Positions 1-12,212 of a stretch of DNA of 64,000 bases are shown piece by piece. Below the pieces are notes generated by a model. It was not told the origin of the DNA. It did not search any database and saw only the letters and a list, made by a program, of their open reading frames with translations. This stretch comes from Paraspadella gotoi (taxonomy: Eukaryota; Animalia; Chaetognatha). Positions within the stretch are counted from its first letter, which is position 1; each line of letters begins with the position of its first letter. Position numbers and translations under genes: made by a program. The stretch spans positions 3,639,098-3,703,097 of the forward strand of contig CM119266.1 of assembly GCA_051294375.1 (NCBI GenBank). Direction: 5' to 3'.

Positions 1-39
<39 letters not shown>

Positions 40-70
40 CTCTCGCTCTCTCTCTTTCTCTCTCTCTCTC
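1..70. repeat. (TC)n microsatellite in the intron upstream of the protease exon
   Basis: Direct TC dinucleotide run with a few TCGC interruptions. Confidence 0.97.
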
Positions 71-189
71 ATTCACTCCTTTGAGATATCCCGAACTATG
101 CGTCGATTGTCTATTTAGCATTTTTAACCTATAACTGACATAACTGTGTTATCAATGGTAATCTCTTTTCTCCAACCAACTCCCTCAAG

Positions 190-464
190 GATTCGGCATG
201 ACGGACGCCCGACAATTCGGCGCCTGCTCGGGCGACTCCGGCGGGCCAGTAGTGTGCCCGACATTAGAAGGCGACCCGCCGGGCTGGCCAATGCTCTGGC
301 CGCAGCAGACGCTCGTTGGGGTCGTCTCCTTCGGGGGCAAAGAGTGCCGGACAAAGCCGACGGTATTGACAGAGGTGTCCAAGTATCGGAAGTGGATCGA
401 GCGGACCGTCGTGGACGAGGATTTCCGGGATGTAGAGATGCCCGATTATGAGAGGGCAGGATGA
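190..464 (+). CDS. Terminal exon of a S1 (trypsin/chymotrypsin-fold) serine protease; upstream exons lie outside the window
   Basis: Acceptor ...tccctcaag|GA at 189/190 (phase 1). Translation has the catalytic Ser motif ACSGDSGGPVVC, then LVGVVSFG..C..PTVLTEVSKYRKWI; stop TGA at 462-464. Confidence 0.92.
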
Positions 465-689
465 GAGCGTCAAAGTAGGAATGAGTAATTAATTAGATTA
501 GTTTTAATTAGATTTTGTTAACGATTTTACGTCAAGATTTACAGTAGAATATAATAACCATTGTGATAATAAAACATGTCTTTTTAATTTCTGTTTCGTG
601 ATCAGTTAAACAACTGTGAGAAATTTGACATAGAACTGTAACCGTCTGTTGTGCATCCCTTTGCCTTAAGCCTAACATTATATGACGAA

Positions 690-810
690 GCCTGATCCTT
701 TATTACGGGGGATGGTGGGTTTAGGTGGGTTTAGGTGGGNNNNNNNNNNTACTGTGGGGGATGGTGGGTTTAGGTGGGCCTGATCCTTTATTGCGGGGGA
801 TGGTGGGTTG
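690..810. repeat. Short tandem repeat (gatcctttattgcgggggatggtgggtttaggtggg-like unit) collapsed around an assembly gap at 740-749
   Basis: The same unit is visible on both sides of the N run. Confidence 0.8.
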
Positions 811-1145
811 AGAAAACCGACCATGACAACGATAACCATTGTTGGTTTTGTAATCCTCATTTTTCAGTCTTGATTTCGCAAAAGAAAAAATCCTTTTTTT
901 TCCAATTTGAAATATAATAACGCCAAACAATTTTAACTAAAAAATATTTTACTTTTTTGTACTAAAAACTCGATTTTCCAGAAAATACTTTTACTACGCC
1001 AAACATGATTTTAAATAAGAACAAAGGCCCATATCTGGAGAAGAATGGTTTAATTTCTTAGATGTTTCTTATGTATAATTATAAATATATTTGAATATAT
1101 TTAAATATATTCTAACGAGATGCGTCGACGCAGGAGGTAAAATCA

Positions 1146-3443
1146 ATGAACCGGAATTCGCTCGAGTCGCAGTTGGAGAGAAAAAGGACGACGACGACGA
1201 CAATGATGACGATGACAATGATGACGACGACAATGATGACGATGACAATGATGACGACGACAATGATGACGATGACAATGTGATGACGACGACAATGATG
1301 ACGACGACAATGATGACGACGACAATGATGTGTACGACTGACAATGATGACGACGACAATGATGACGACGACAATTGATGACGACGACATGATGACGACG
1401 ACAATGATGACGACGACAATGATGACGACGAAATCGATCGAAATGCCAATCGCTGGATTCATTGACGGTGAAAGTCCGCCACGCGTTCGCTAATCGATAT
1501 TTTTATACAAAAGGTTTTTCATTTCGTAACCAAACATTATTTTCGCGCTTTTGGAAAAAACGACGTAAAATGTTTGTCTCTCTCTCTATCCCTCTCTTTC
1601 TATCTGTCTCTCTCTTTCTCTTGATAGACGTTACGTCAACCAAAAACGTCATTTTTATTGTGCGCAATTCCATCTGTGAGAAAAACTTTTTAGATGAATT
1701 TTTCAGATGAATTTAACAAGTCCTAAAATACTCTTCAAATTTTTATATCAGCTCCACAGTTTTTTCGACCATATCGTGTCGGACATGAGAGTATTTTCTT
1801 TTCTCTACTGTTGAAAAGATTTTGGTTATCAATTAGGATTACCAGTGGCTTTAGATAGCAGTCTTCGTCTCTTTGAGAAATCTTGGAAGATTTTTTCAAT
1901 TGAGAATTTCGTTCAAATCTGACAACCAAACTTTATAAAAGCCCCAAGAAAAATTGAATATAGAAAATATTAACCAAAATCTTCGGAAAATTCTCCCCTT
2001 TGATGGAAGATTTTTACCATAAAAGATTTTTTCTAAATCTTCTAGAATTCCGATCGTTAGCTCCTCTTTTACTTTTAGCTTCAATAAAAATGTCACCAAA
2101 ATGGACTAATTCACTTTACCATGATTGTATCATATTAACAAATAAAATGTAAATAAAAAATTTGAGAGCCTTTCAGACACTAAGCCAGAAGATTCCTAAA
2201 TTTGACGTCATTTGTTGAACAGGAACATACCTCAATCACGTTTATATCGTTTTGAACGGAAAAAATCCCTTTCATTTCTATATGAAATTAAAGATGGATA
2301 ATTTTCCTGTACAAAAACAGTCTATTTGTTCTGGCTTGTTTGATATCCAAATGTTTATGATTTGCCAAGAGAAAAAAAATTGCGATCTCTTCAGATGCAA
2401 CACTGTCGGATTCGAGCGAATTTACATGTATTTTAGACCGCAATTTTCCCCAGGGGTGTTTATAAAGTTTGGTAGTCAGATTCGAAAGAAACTCTCTGTT
2501 GAAAAAATCTTCCTTAATCTTCTATAACTTCTAAGAGCAACGTAGACTCCTATAACTTAGACTTAGTCTTAGTAAATGATCAACTTTTTGATATCAAACG
2601 AGACAAGTTAAATGGAGTTCTCCGCGATGAAGAATTTTTCAACATTAATTTTTCTACAGGGGTGGGATCCTATATCGATGCCCTGACTGAACGATTTGAT
2701 ATACATTAGCAAATTTTTAAAACTTTTTTACAGAATTTAGCACTATAGTACAAATTAGTCCCTTATATGCTACTAATTTTTTTCTATCTTTGTTTTTTGA
2801 AAAATCGATCAATAAGTGCTTGCAACTCTTCAAATTTTTCAAAAAAAACCGGTTTTTTCATTAAAAATGATAGATATCTTAAAAAATATCAGTCGGAATT
2901 AAATTTAACCTGCGTCAATTTAAAGAGCGGAAAAAATGCTTCATTTAACATACTTTATTTTTAAAAATCCAAAAAATACTTTAACCGAATTCTCAGCATT
3001 TTTAAGTTACATTTTATTATTTTCCCTCTATAACTTTGAAAATAATGTAAAATAAGGTAAAAAACAGACTAAATCCTCTAGAGTAAACTTTGGGCTTTCT
3101 ATTGGCGTAAATAGGTATTAGTTTTTTAATTTTGTTCAGGAGCTATGAATTTACTTGAAACTTAAATATTGCCATTATTCTACATTGGCCGGTATAAGAA
3201 TATAGTATAAAACCTGAGGCTTTTTTCTTCAGAGTTTATTCCTACTTTCGAGTATAAACTATAGAGTAAGGATTTAAAGGTTTTGTGGCTAAAATTTACT
3301 ATTTGGAATTTAAAAGGCTTTAGTTGTATTTCAATACTTAGCTACTACGTAACAATGCGATTTAAATCTGTAATTTTATTCCAATAGTACGGGCGTTTCA
3401 GTGGTACAAAAACTTCGTCTGTGGCGGCGCCGATTATCAACAG
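1146..3443 (+). CDS. Candidate upstream exons (1146 or 1443..1467; 3388..3443) of the coiled-coil gene
   Basis: ...MPIAGFID g|gtgaaa donor at 1468 (phase 1) fits acceptor ccaatag|TA at 3388, giving VRAFQWYKNFVCGGADYQQ. Joining to 3495 needs a GA donor at 3444 or a weak GT at 3417. The frame from 1146 is broken inside the repeat. Confidence 0.35.
1187..1431. repeat. 15-bp (GACAATGATGACGAC)-type low-complexity tandem repeat
   Basis: Repeated GAC/AAT/GAT triplets with several small indels near 1280, 1331, 1375 and 1388. Confidence 0.93.
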
Positions 3444-3494
3444 GACTACTAAACAATAACTATATTAAATATAGTTAAACAAAACTCTTTGAAG

Positions 3495-5132
3495 ATCAAA
3501 ACTATGGATTCAAACTACAACAGCGACGACGGCGTTGATCTTTTGTCCACCTTGGGATCCATTCGTTGCGACATAAAAACTGAAGCGGACGAGATCGAAA
3601 AACAAATGAATTCCATGAGAGAAGAACAAAAGGCCATCGCCGAAAAGCAAGAGGCAAAATTGATGGAGAGAAAAGAGGAGATGAGGGAGAGACGGAGGAG
3701 AGAAAAGAGGACGAAAAGGAAGAGGATCGAGAGTGCGATGGAGAGAGGTAAGGAAAGATTGACTTACCACGAGAGGCCTTGTTAAACTATTAAACATGGC
3801 ATACAAATAAAAGAAAAAAGTATCAATAATAACTTAACGGAGCATGTATGACTGTATGTATCCATCAGTCGTGACCCGTTATCTCATTAACTAACGGCAT
3901 ATGGCCACAATGTGACGACAAATCAGTTCGAGTTACTCATTTAAACTATCTTTAAATTAACGAATGACGGTTCTCAATGTAAATACGATAAACTAATGTT
4001 CGTATAACTAAATAGGTATTTTACTTTAGATTTTCCAGACATCGCTGAGACCCGGAGCACGGTCTCTGAACCTCCACCCCACACGTCGTCGTCGTCGTCG
4101 TCGTCGTCGCCATCTTCACTGAAGACCGAGTCGGAGCTCCTCTTCGCGAGACTGGGGAAAGCGGAGAGAAGAGTTTGGGTAGAGGAGCAGAGACAGAGGA
4201 GTAAACAGAAGCATATGCTGGAGCAGAGGATCAGGGATCAGAGGAGCAAGAGTCAATTCGCGCAGAATGTTGTTGAAAAACTGAGCGGGGATATGCAAAG
4301 GTATGAGTTAAGGAATTAAAAAGAACGAATGATTGAAAAAAATGGCAAATAATGAATGAATCAATGAAATGAATAATGACGGAATTGGTGAATGAATTAA
4401 ACATAGAAAGAATGGAATAAATGAATTTACGAATAAATTGCATGACTGGTCGATTGAACAATCGAATGATTGAACGAATGAAAGAATGAATGAATGAATG
4501 AATGAATAAATGATCTCTCTTCAACAGAAGCGACGCAGTTTGGGCGAAAGAGAGACAGCGTCAAAACTTTGAACTCAAATCGCGACTCGATAAACAGACG
4601 CGTCGTCCAGACGAGGAAGAAGCAGACGCCGAAAAGGGTAAATAATTTTAATATTAATTGATTAATAATTATTTAGAATTAGAATTAATAATAGCGAATT
4701 GATATAATCATTAGTACATTTAGTTTTAAATAACCGAAATTAACATTTTTCCCGGTTCAAATCTACATTGAAGCGAAACCGGAAATGATGACTCTAGCGT
4801 CGATCGATGACGAAGAAAACAACGACGATGACGACGCTGATTCTGGAGTTCACGTGACGTCGGCCGGAAGTGAGTAGACGGGGGGGTAGTGTGGGGGAGT
4901 GTGGGTCTGATTACAAATTTAATCAATTTCTAAGATTTTTTTAAAAATTCGCTGGAGAGGCAAATCGGTTGCGTTTATTGCCCTCAGTCGATTAACCTCG
5001 GTTAAAATTGGTCATTTTCATACTAAGACATGCACGCACGCACGCACGCACGCACAGAGTCACCTAAGTGCGCATCTTTTCACTCAGGTCGGACATCGAC
5101 AAGAGAATCCACCTTCGTCCAACACGCGCCGA

Positions 5133-5168
<36 letters not shown>

Positions 5169-5206
5169 AGAAACCTGATGTTTGCGTCCTCGACATAGAA
5201 GATTAA
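3495..5206 (+). CDS. Multi-exon charged coiled-coil protein of unknown function (exons 3495/3504-3747, 4039-4300, 4528-4637, 4774-4869, 5088-5206)
   Basis: Four GT-AG introns with consistent phases (1,2,1,1) give one open frame: MDSNYNSDD...SAMER|DIAETRS...GDMQ|RSDAVWAKERQ...AEK|AKPEMM...SAG|SRTSTRES...VLDIED*. The protein has E/K/R-rich helical segments. Confidence 0.75.
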
Positions 5207-5216
5207 AGGTAGTTTA

Positions 5217-5217
<1 letters not shown>

Positions 5218-5269
<52 letters not shown>

Positions 5270-5289
5270 TAATAATAATAATAATAACA
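5218..5289. repeat. (AAT)n microsatellite
   Basis: Direct trinucleotide run. Confidence 0.95.
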
Positions 5290-6352
5290 GTTTGCAGGGT
5301 CTTGCTATGTTATTATCTTTTAAGTGTGATGGAGACCTTAAACCACCAAAGCCTGTTCAAAGTCAGGGGTAAGATAGCTTATTTATTAAATTAAAAAATA
5401 ATTTTATATTGATTGTACCCATTTCATGTTTTTTTTTTTTTTGTTAATTATCCACTCTACTTTTAGGTTCACACTTCTTTTGTTCCTTCACTTCTCACGG
5501 GTCCTTACAAAAAGAAATAAGTAATTGCGCTGTACTGAAAATAACTATTAAATATACAATGCTCACCCAACTGTACAAAAGTTTTTTTTTCGCACTCAAA
5601 GAAATTCGCACAAATTCCTCATCTCGATGTTTTTATTTGACATTTGCTTAAATGAACAATGAGCAAGTCAACGATTAAAGCTAAAAATGCATGAGGCAAT
5701 TTCTCCGCTCAAATTCAAGGTAGGTTGGTACTTTTCCCAGAGTGAAATTTGAGCGGAGACCGTGAGAGATAAACTGAAAGGCGTGAATTCATTCTTCGAT
5801 TGTTATCGCCAACCCCACCGCTCAAACTCCCCAATCATTTTTGGATTCACACGAAAACTTAGATGGTAATTCAAAGCTGTGAATCGAACTTCACAACCTC
5901 ACGAAGAGTCTAAAAATAATCCTCGAATCAATCTTAAGACATTAATTCAAATAAAAAAGACAATTATGCATTTAGTTTCTATTTTACATTTGATCGTTTT
6001 TTAAATGAAGTTTTTTGCTTAGTTCCAAGACACGAGCGACGAATCCAGGGCTGTAAAGGAAAATGAAAAAAATTTGAAATACAATCATAAACCTTGAAAA
6101 TATCAAAATATCAAACTGTATTATTTATTGCATATATTTTTTAAAATATTATATTATTTATATATTTATATATAGCTAAAAGTTTTGAAAATCTCCGAGT
6201 TCTTTTCAGCCTTATGCTGTTTAACAACGAGGATCAATCCAATTCGTAAATATTACCTAGCCCTCCAACATTACCCATCTTAACTATCCATTATCCAACC
6301 ATGATTCCATCCGGCCCAGCCCGACCGCCCAGTAACCCGACCCACACCTGCA

Positions 6353-9300
6353 CTAACTGGCCGAGAGGGTCGCGTCCGTCGACGATGGATGACGAGGTTG
6401 TTGAGTCACGACGACGAGCGATTCTGGAGTATAGCCGCTCAGCGCCGCAGCCGCCGGCGCCGCTTGGTCTGCTGTCGGGTCAGTTGCAGTGTCGGCTGCG
6501 GGGCCAGCTGCGCCGGTCGTCTGCTTCTCTCGCTTCTTCGTCCTCTTTATTCGACTGGGGGGAAGGTTGTAATGCAATTAATGGTAAAATATGAAATAAT
6601 TATGAAATATGTATGTATGGAAAAATATACCTATATGTATAAGTTTATATCCAGCTTAATAACACACTTTCCTATCCACACACAAAATGTCATTCCAATC
6701 CAACCATCCAATCACGAGTAATTGGAGTTTTTTGCTAAGGGGGGACGGACAGACGGACGGACGGACGGACATCATTTTTTTGTGTAATTTATCATAATTT
6801 GATGTCCTGACATAATTTAAGTTAATGCCCGACAAGATTGAGGGGGCGGACCGACGGACCGACAAAGTGAATTATAGAGTCGGAATCTGCTGATAAGCAG
6901 ATCCGACTAAAAAGAAAATTGAAAGAAATAACAGATTTTTCCTAATATCTTTTGAAGGAACAGAGATAAAGGGATAGCAATAGTAATAATCATAAGGCAT
7001 ACAAGATACAATTTTAGAATTACTTTTGCTGAAAACCTCCTTAAAGGGTGACGTGCCAAACTAAGTCAAAATTATAATGAATTTTAAAACTAATGACACC
7101 CCTTATGAATAAATGAAAATCAAATTCTTTTTAATGATTCTGAAAGAAAAAAGGCTAAACTGTACTACTACTGGATAAAGAAAATGTAATTTTTTTTCAC
7201 TTAAATATTTACTTGTCTGATTTTACAAGCATACTTACAAAATTCTACAAAATATTATTCACTTTAATGTCAATTTTTAATAATAAAATAGGCGAATTTT
7301 TTAATTATTTAACTCTCACAGGCTTTACAAGACTTTTCACTTTCATAATATCTCAATGTTAATGTAATTTATAATATTTTTTAACCAGAAATTATAAAAA
7401 GAATAGAAAGTTATGGATTAAAATTAACTAGCGGAATTATAAGTTTGTAAGAGGAAGTCAGAATCGGCGAAAATCTTAAAAGGCGAGAATGTTGAAAAAA
7501 AGAGGTGAAGTTTTGATAGATTTCTTAAGATTTCTCAACAACGCGAAGTCCGATTAAAGTGAAACTTGAGAATTACAATATTCACATCATTCCTCATCTA
7601 ACGATATAAAAATAATTTTCTTTTACTTAACTCTCATCCCTAACTCTTACTTCTCAGTCTCATCTAAGCTTAAAACGTAAAATCTATTTTAATTTATAAT
7701 TTATGATGTAATGGGGCGTTTAGGGAAAATAAGGCCGGAATGTTAATAAAATTCGAAAAAAATTACCGTATGTTCATGCAGCTTTATAAAAAAATTGTTC
7801 CTAGAGCTGACCCAAAGCGGGAACGGTCAGAGCTAACCTGCTAACTAAATCTCCAAGCATGCATGAATTCCTTTTGCTTGTAACTTTTTAATTGAGTAAG
7901 AAAATTGGGTAAAGAATAAGGGAAACGAAAAAGTGAATCAAAAGGTGAGACTAAATCTTTACTTTTAAATAATTGATAAAGAGTAAAAGACATATATTTT
8001 TAATATTCATGATATATATTTATTTTTCTCACTTGACGACGACGGCGACGACGATAACGACGATGGCGACCAGCGAAAAGGCCGTGATGAGTCCAACCAT
8101 TAACGTTTTCTTCCTTGTCTCGCCGCCTGATTGGTCGAAATTCAACGATGTCACGGATCGGCACAAAGAATTAACCAATCATCATCGATTGAGACTCACC
8201 CATATCCTCTGGCTCCCAGTCATCGTCTTCATTTTCGACCGCTCTCCCTGTCGCCAGGGAGCTGGTCGGCGATGCAAAGGCTGAATCGGCCGGCGAGACC
8301 TGACGCAATATGGTTCGTTGACGATCGCCTGGAGGCAAAAGACGACGAAATGTTTAAATTGTTTGAATACTTAATCTGGTCTAATGTTTAATCAAATGCT
8401 TTTATTGTAATCTTATTTTGTAGGCGAAAATCTGTGTATATATAAGTAAAAAAAACTGTTCCAATTAAAACATTTTGGTTTTTTTTCTTGCTCCGTCAAA
8501 AGTATGCGACAACATTAAATATAGTAAAATATCGTTTAAAAATAACAAAAATTACTTTTATTTCCTTCGTCTCCTTCGAGGTTTTCGTCGAGTTCGTCGC
8601 CATCGTCGTCGCCATCGTCTTCATCGTCGTCGCCATCGTCGTCGCCGTGAGCGTCGTATTCTGTATCGTCGACGTAAATCTCTGGCGTCAACGTGACTTC
8701 CTCCATTTCGTGATTGTGAACGACAAGGTGAGGAAGAATCACCGAGGCCAAGTCCCACTCACCGGCATCGCTAATCGGCGTCATCGTTGTCGTCGTGGTC
8801 ATTTTTGTGATTTTTGGGGTTGTCGTTGTTGTTGTCGTTGTTGTTGTTGATGGCTTCGTCGTCTTCGTCGTCGTCGTCGTCGGCTTCGTTGACGGCGACT
8901 CAGTCTTGATTATTGAGTGTTGCACCTGGAAAAAACGGATTGCAGATTGAGTAAGATGGCGAAAGATGGTGATGCGGAACGCATCAGAGATCTGAGATCT
9001 GTTTTTACAAGTCGAAAGTCTTGTCACAGCTTAAAAATAATTTCACAGTTTTAAGGACCTTATTTAAAATTAACGGTAGCGCATTTAAAAGTTCTTACAC
9101 AGTTGAATAAATAAAACATCCCATCAGGATCAATTAGATTTTTCAGCAGCCTTTACACTCGGAGGCCAGCTGCTATGAGATTGATAAACTCGATAGTGAG
9201 AAAGAGTCTTAATTGAAAGCCTGCAGGACCCTGCTGTGTAATTACCTTCAAAATCAGGAGGAAAAATCTTAATTCTTAAACGAATTAATTCTTACTTCCA

Positions 9301-11781
9301 ACACCACTGTCTCCCCAGCCTTCCGCCTTCTCCCGCGAAATGATCCGCCCAACTCCATCGTCGTATTCAAGCGCACCCGGCTCAACTCGGTCGTCGACCG
9401 GGAGAAGCGGAACTTGACTTCAGTGGATTCCAGCTTTTCGTACTCGCGACTCGAAGGTTCCATTGTGCAGGATAAGTGGACGAGGTCTTTGAAGGGGGTG
9501 GATGGGAAGGGATGGAGTTTAGAAGGGTTGAAAGTGACAGTTTGGAATCAAAATTTAATAATTATGCCTTGAAAACTATCTTAATAATGTCACTAAAGTG
9601 ATTTACAATAAATGACCAATTGAATTCGAGCACGATTATGAATAAATTTTCCAAAAAATGAAATTTACCAAAATAATTCCAAAGCTTAAGGCAAAGGTCA
9701 TTATTCTTATTTTCTATATGCTAAATTGAAAGTAAAGAAAATTGTACTATTTTCGTTTCGTTCGAGTGTGTACTGTGTACTCATTATACTGTGTACTCAT
9801 TATAAGAGGGGTGTGTCTCATTGGAAAGGGAAGTTCTAGGGAAGTAGGGAATGGGAAGGGAAGGCGGGAGGGAGGAAAATGGGGATAGAGAAGGAGAAAA
9901 CTTAGAATTAGAAAGAAGAGACATGAGTTGGGTCAGATCAGCCAACGTGGTCAGTCGCTCGTCCATCTGCCAGATAATGCAATCGATCGTCACGTTGATT
10001 TTCCACAGTGAAATCGGAGTTTTCTCTCCGGGCGAAACAATTCGAAATTATTAAAACTATTTAATACGTGAAGTCAAAATAATTCGGGAAGCTCACCGCC
10101 GTCCTCGTTTTTCTTCACCACCTGAAAAAAGTAAATATGTAAGATTAAAGGAAGGAATAAAGAAAGAGAAAAAAAGAAAAAAAATTAATAAATTAATTAA
10201 TAAATAAATAAATAAATAAATTTAAAATAAATAAATAAAAAATAAATAAAAAAAATAAATAAAAAATAAATAAATAAAAAATAAATAAATTAATTAATTA
10301 ATTAATTAATTTTGAAAAATGAATGAAAAAATGTAGAAAAGAAAAAAAATTAAAAACAAAAAAATAATTCTTATTTTTTTACCTAATTAAGACCTAATTC
10401 ATCGACTAATTTAAATGAATGAAAGAATAAATGAATGAATGAATGAATGAATGAATGAGCTAAAAACTCACCATGCAAGAGTTATGTTTGACGGAGGGTC
10501 CGAAGATGTTCTGAAACTTAAACCATTGGGTCGTGATGTCCAACTGTCTCTTTTGTCGAACTTGGCCGCGATCTTCGCCGAATTTCGTGGCTTCGATCTC
10601 AAAGTTCATGAGGAGAAAGATTTTGGTCTGCGAATTGGAAGAGGGTTAGATGGAGGGAGAGGGGGGAGAGAAAGGGGGATCAGAATGGAGAGAAGATTTG
10701 GGGAGAGGGGGGAGAGAAAGGGGGATCAGATGGAGAGAGAGAGAGGTTGGGGAGAGGGGGGGAGACAAAGGGGATCAGATGGAGAGAGAGAGGTTGGGGA
10801 GAGGGGGGAGAGAAAGGGGATCAGATGGAGAGAGAGAGGTTGGGAAGAGGGGGGAGAGAAAGGGGGATCAGATGGAGAGAGAGAGGTTGGGGAGAGGGGG
10901 AGAGAAAGGGGATCAGATGGAGAGAGAGAGGTTGGGAGAGGGGGGGGAGAAAGGGGGATCAGATGGAGATAGAGAGGTTGGGGAGAGGGGGGGAGAGAAA
11001 GGGGATCAGATGGAGAGAGAGAGGTTGGGGAGAGGGGGGAGAGAAAGGGGGATCAGATGGAGAGTGAGAGGTTGGGAGAGGGGGGAGAGAAAGGGGGATC
11101 AGATGGAGAGAGAGAGGTTGGTGAGAGGGGGGAGACAAAGGGGGATCAGATTGAGAGAGAGAGGTTGGGGAGAGGGGGAGAGAAAGGGGGATCAGATGGA
11201 GAGAGAGAGGTTGGGGAGAGGGGGGAGAGAAAGGGGGATCAGATGGAGAGAGAGAGGGGGGAGAGAAAGGGGGATCAGATGGAGAGAGAGAGGTTGGGGA
11301 GAGGGGGAGAGAAAGGGGATCAGATGGAGAGAGAGAGGTTGGTGAGAGGGGGGGGAGAAAGGGGAAAGAGAGAGAGAAAGAGGGGTGAGGGAGGAAGAGC
11401 GAGGAAGTAAACGGATTGAGAGAAGAGAAGAGAGAGAATGAAAGAATACATCCCCAATCCGGCGCCTGCCTCGGTCCCTTCAACCTTTTTGTCATTTTTG
11501 AGATCTTCTTCGGCGACAAACTCCGCCTTCATCAACGCGCGCCTCACGTCCAACTCCGCGCGGATGCAGGCGCCGGCGTTCCAGGCTTCTTCGTCGTCCT
11601 CGACGTCGGCGTCGTCGCACGAGCTCAGCGTCAAAGCGTCGCCGGCCTTGGGCGCCGGAAACAAAAATCGCGCTGTGTTAGAATCTGTGGCGCCGCGTGG
11701 GAAAAGTAACGACGCCGAGAGGAGAAAGAGCGCCGCTTTAAGACAAGGACACCGGGGCGCCGGAGGGAGGAAAAGGTTCAT
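6353..11781 (-). CDS. Type I single-pass membrane protein: signal peptide, unknown ectodomain, Thr-rich mucin-like and acidic stalk, TM helix, short cytoplasmic tail
   Basis: Exons: 11781-~11450 (hydrophobic leader KAALFLLSASLLF), 10627-10472, 10121-10097, ~10025-~9950 (ends uncertain), 9486-9296, 8925-8556, 8328-8200, 8126-8033 (LMVGLITAFSLVAIVVIVVAVVV), 6554-6353 (NRIKRTKKR stop-transfer ... SAS*). Phases are consistent for the last five exons; two upstream donors are unresolved. Confidence 0.78.
6640..6914 (-). mobile_element. Helentron/DINE-1-like non-autonomous element, family A (5' part)
   Basis: On the minus strand it starts tttttAGTCGGATCTGC-ttatca-GCAGATTCCGACT (subterminal repeat plus partial inverted repeat) followed by a GTCC/GTCT microsatellite. 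Near-identical copies occur elsewhere in the window. Confidence 0.8.
10650..11390. repeat. Purine-rich ~44-bp intronic minisatellite (ggggatcagatggagagagagaggttggggagaggggg(g)agagaaa)
   Basis: More than a dozen tandem units; these explain the spurious R/G/E ORFs. Confidence 0.95.
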
Positions 11782-11956
11782 GGCGAACAAGACGAATTAA
11801 GAAATAAAAAAAACAATGATTTAAAATAAAAAAAGCAAAACTAAAAAGAAATAAATAAAATTAAATATGGGAATCTTTTCCATTCGCGATATGGATTGAA
11901 TTTAGCCGACTACTGCAAGTAAATCCCGGAATGTAAAAAAAAAATCTATTGGTTAG

Positions 11957-12212
11957 TGTGATGGCAACAGCCGGGTTGGCGGTGATGTCCATTGGGGTGG
12001 GGCATCTCACTGTTGGCCTTACAGGCTTCCTATCCTCAGTGACGCCTCCAGTCACTGGCACGGTTACCCGAGACGGTCTGGGTTTGCCAACGCAGAGGGA
12101 AGTCGTTAGGACTGTGGATGGAACGCAACGCTTTGGATGGTGCATTCCCCTTTGAGCCAATGGGAATGGATGAACGGTGGTAGATGTGAGTCGGTGTAAA
12201 CATACCGCAACA
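11957..12212 (-). mobile_element. Hairpin-rich ~255-bp dispersed element (family H), possibly tRNA-related
   Basis: Copies at 18203-18410, 46779-47030 and 61571-61831 (opposite strand), with fragments at 59790-59888 and 60481-60550. Confidence 0.85.

Noticed and set aside
1069-1462. Poly-Ser, poly-Val and poly-Asp ORFs
   Set aside because: All arise from one triplet-based repeat with indels near an assembly gap; the frame cannot be trusted.
10451-11519. Long R/G/E-rich and P/S/L-rich ORFs in several frames
   Set aside because: Products of an intronic minisatellite that lacks stop codons.
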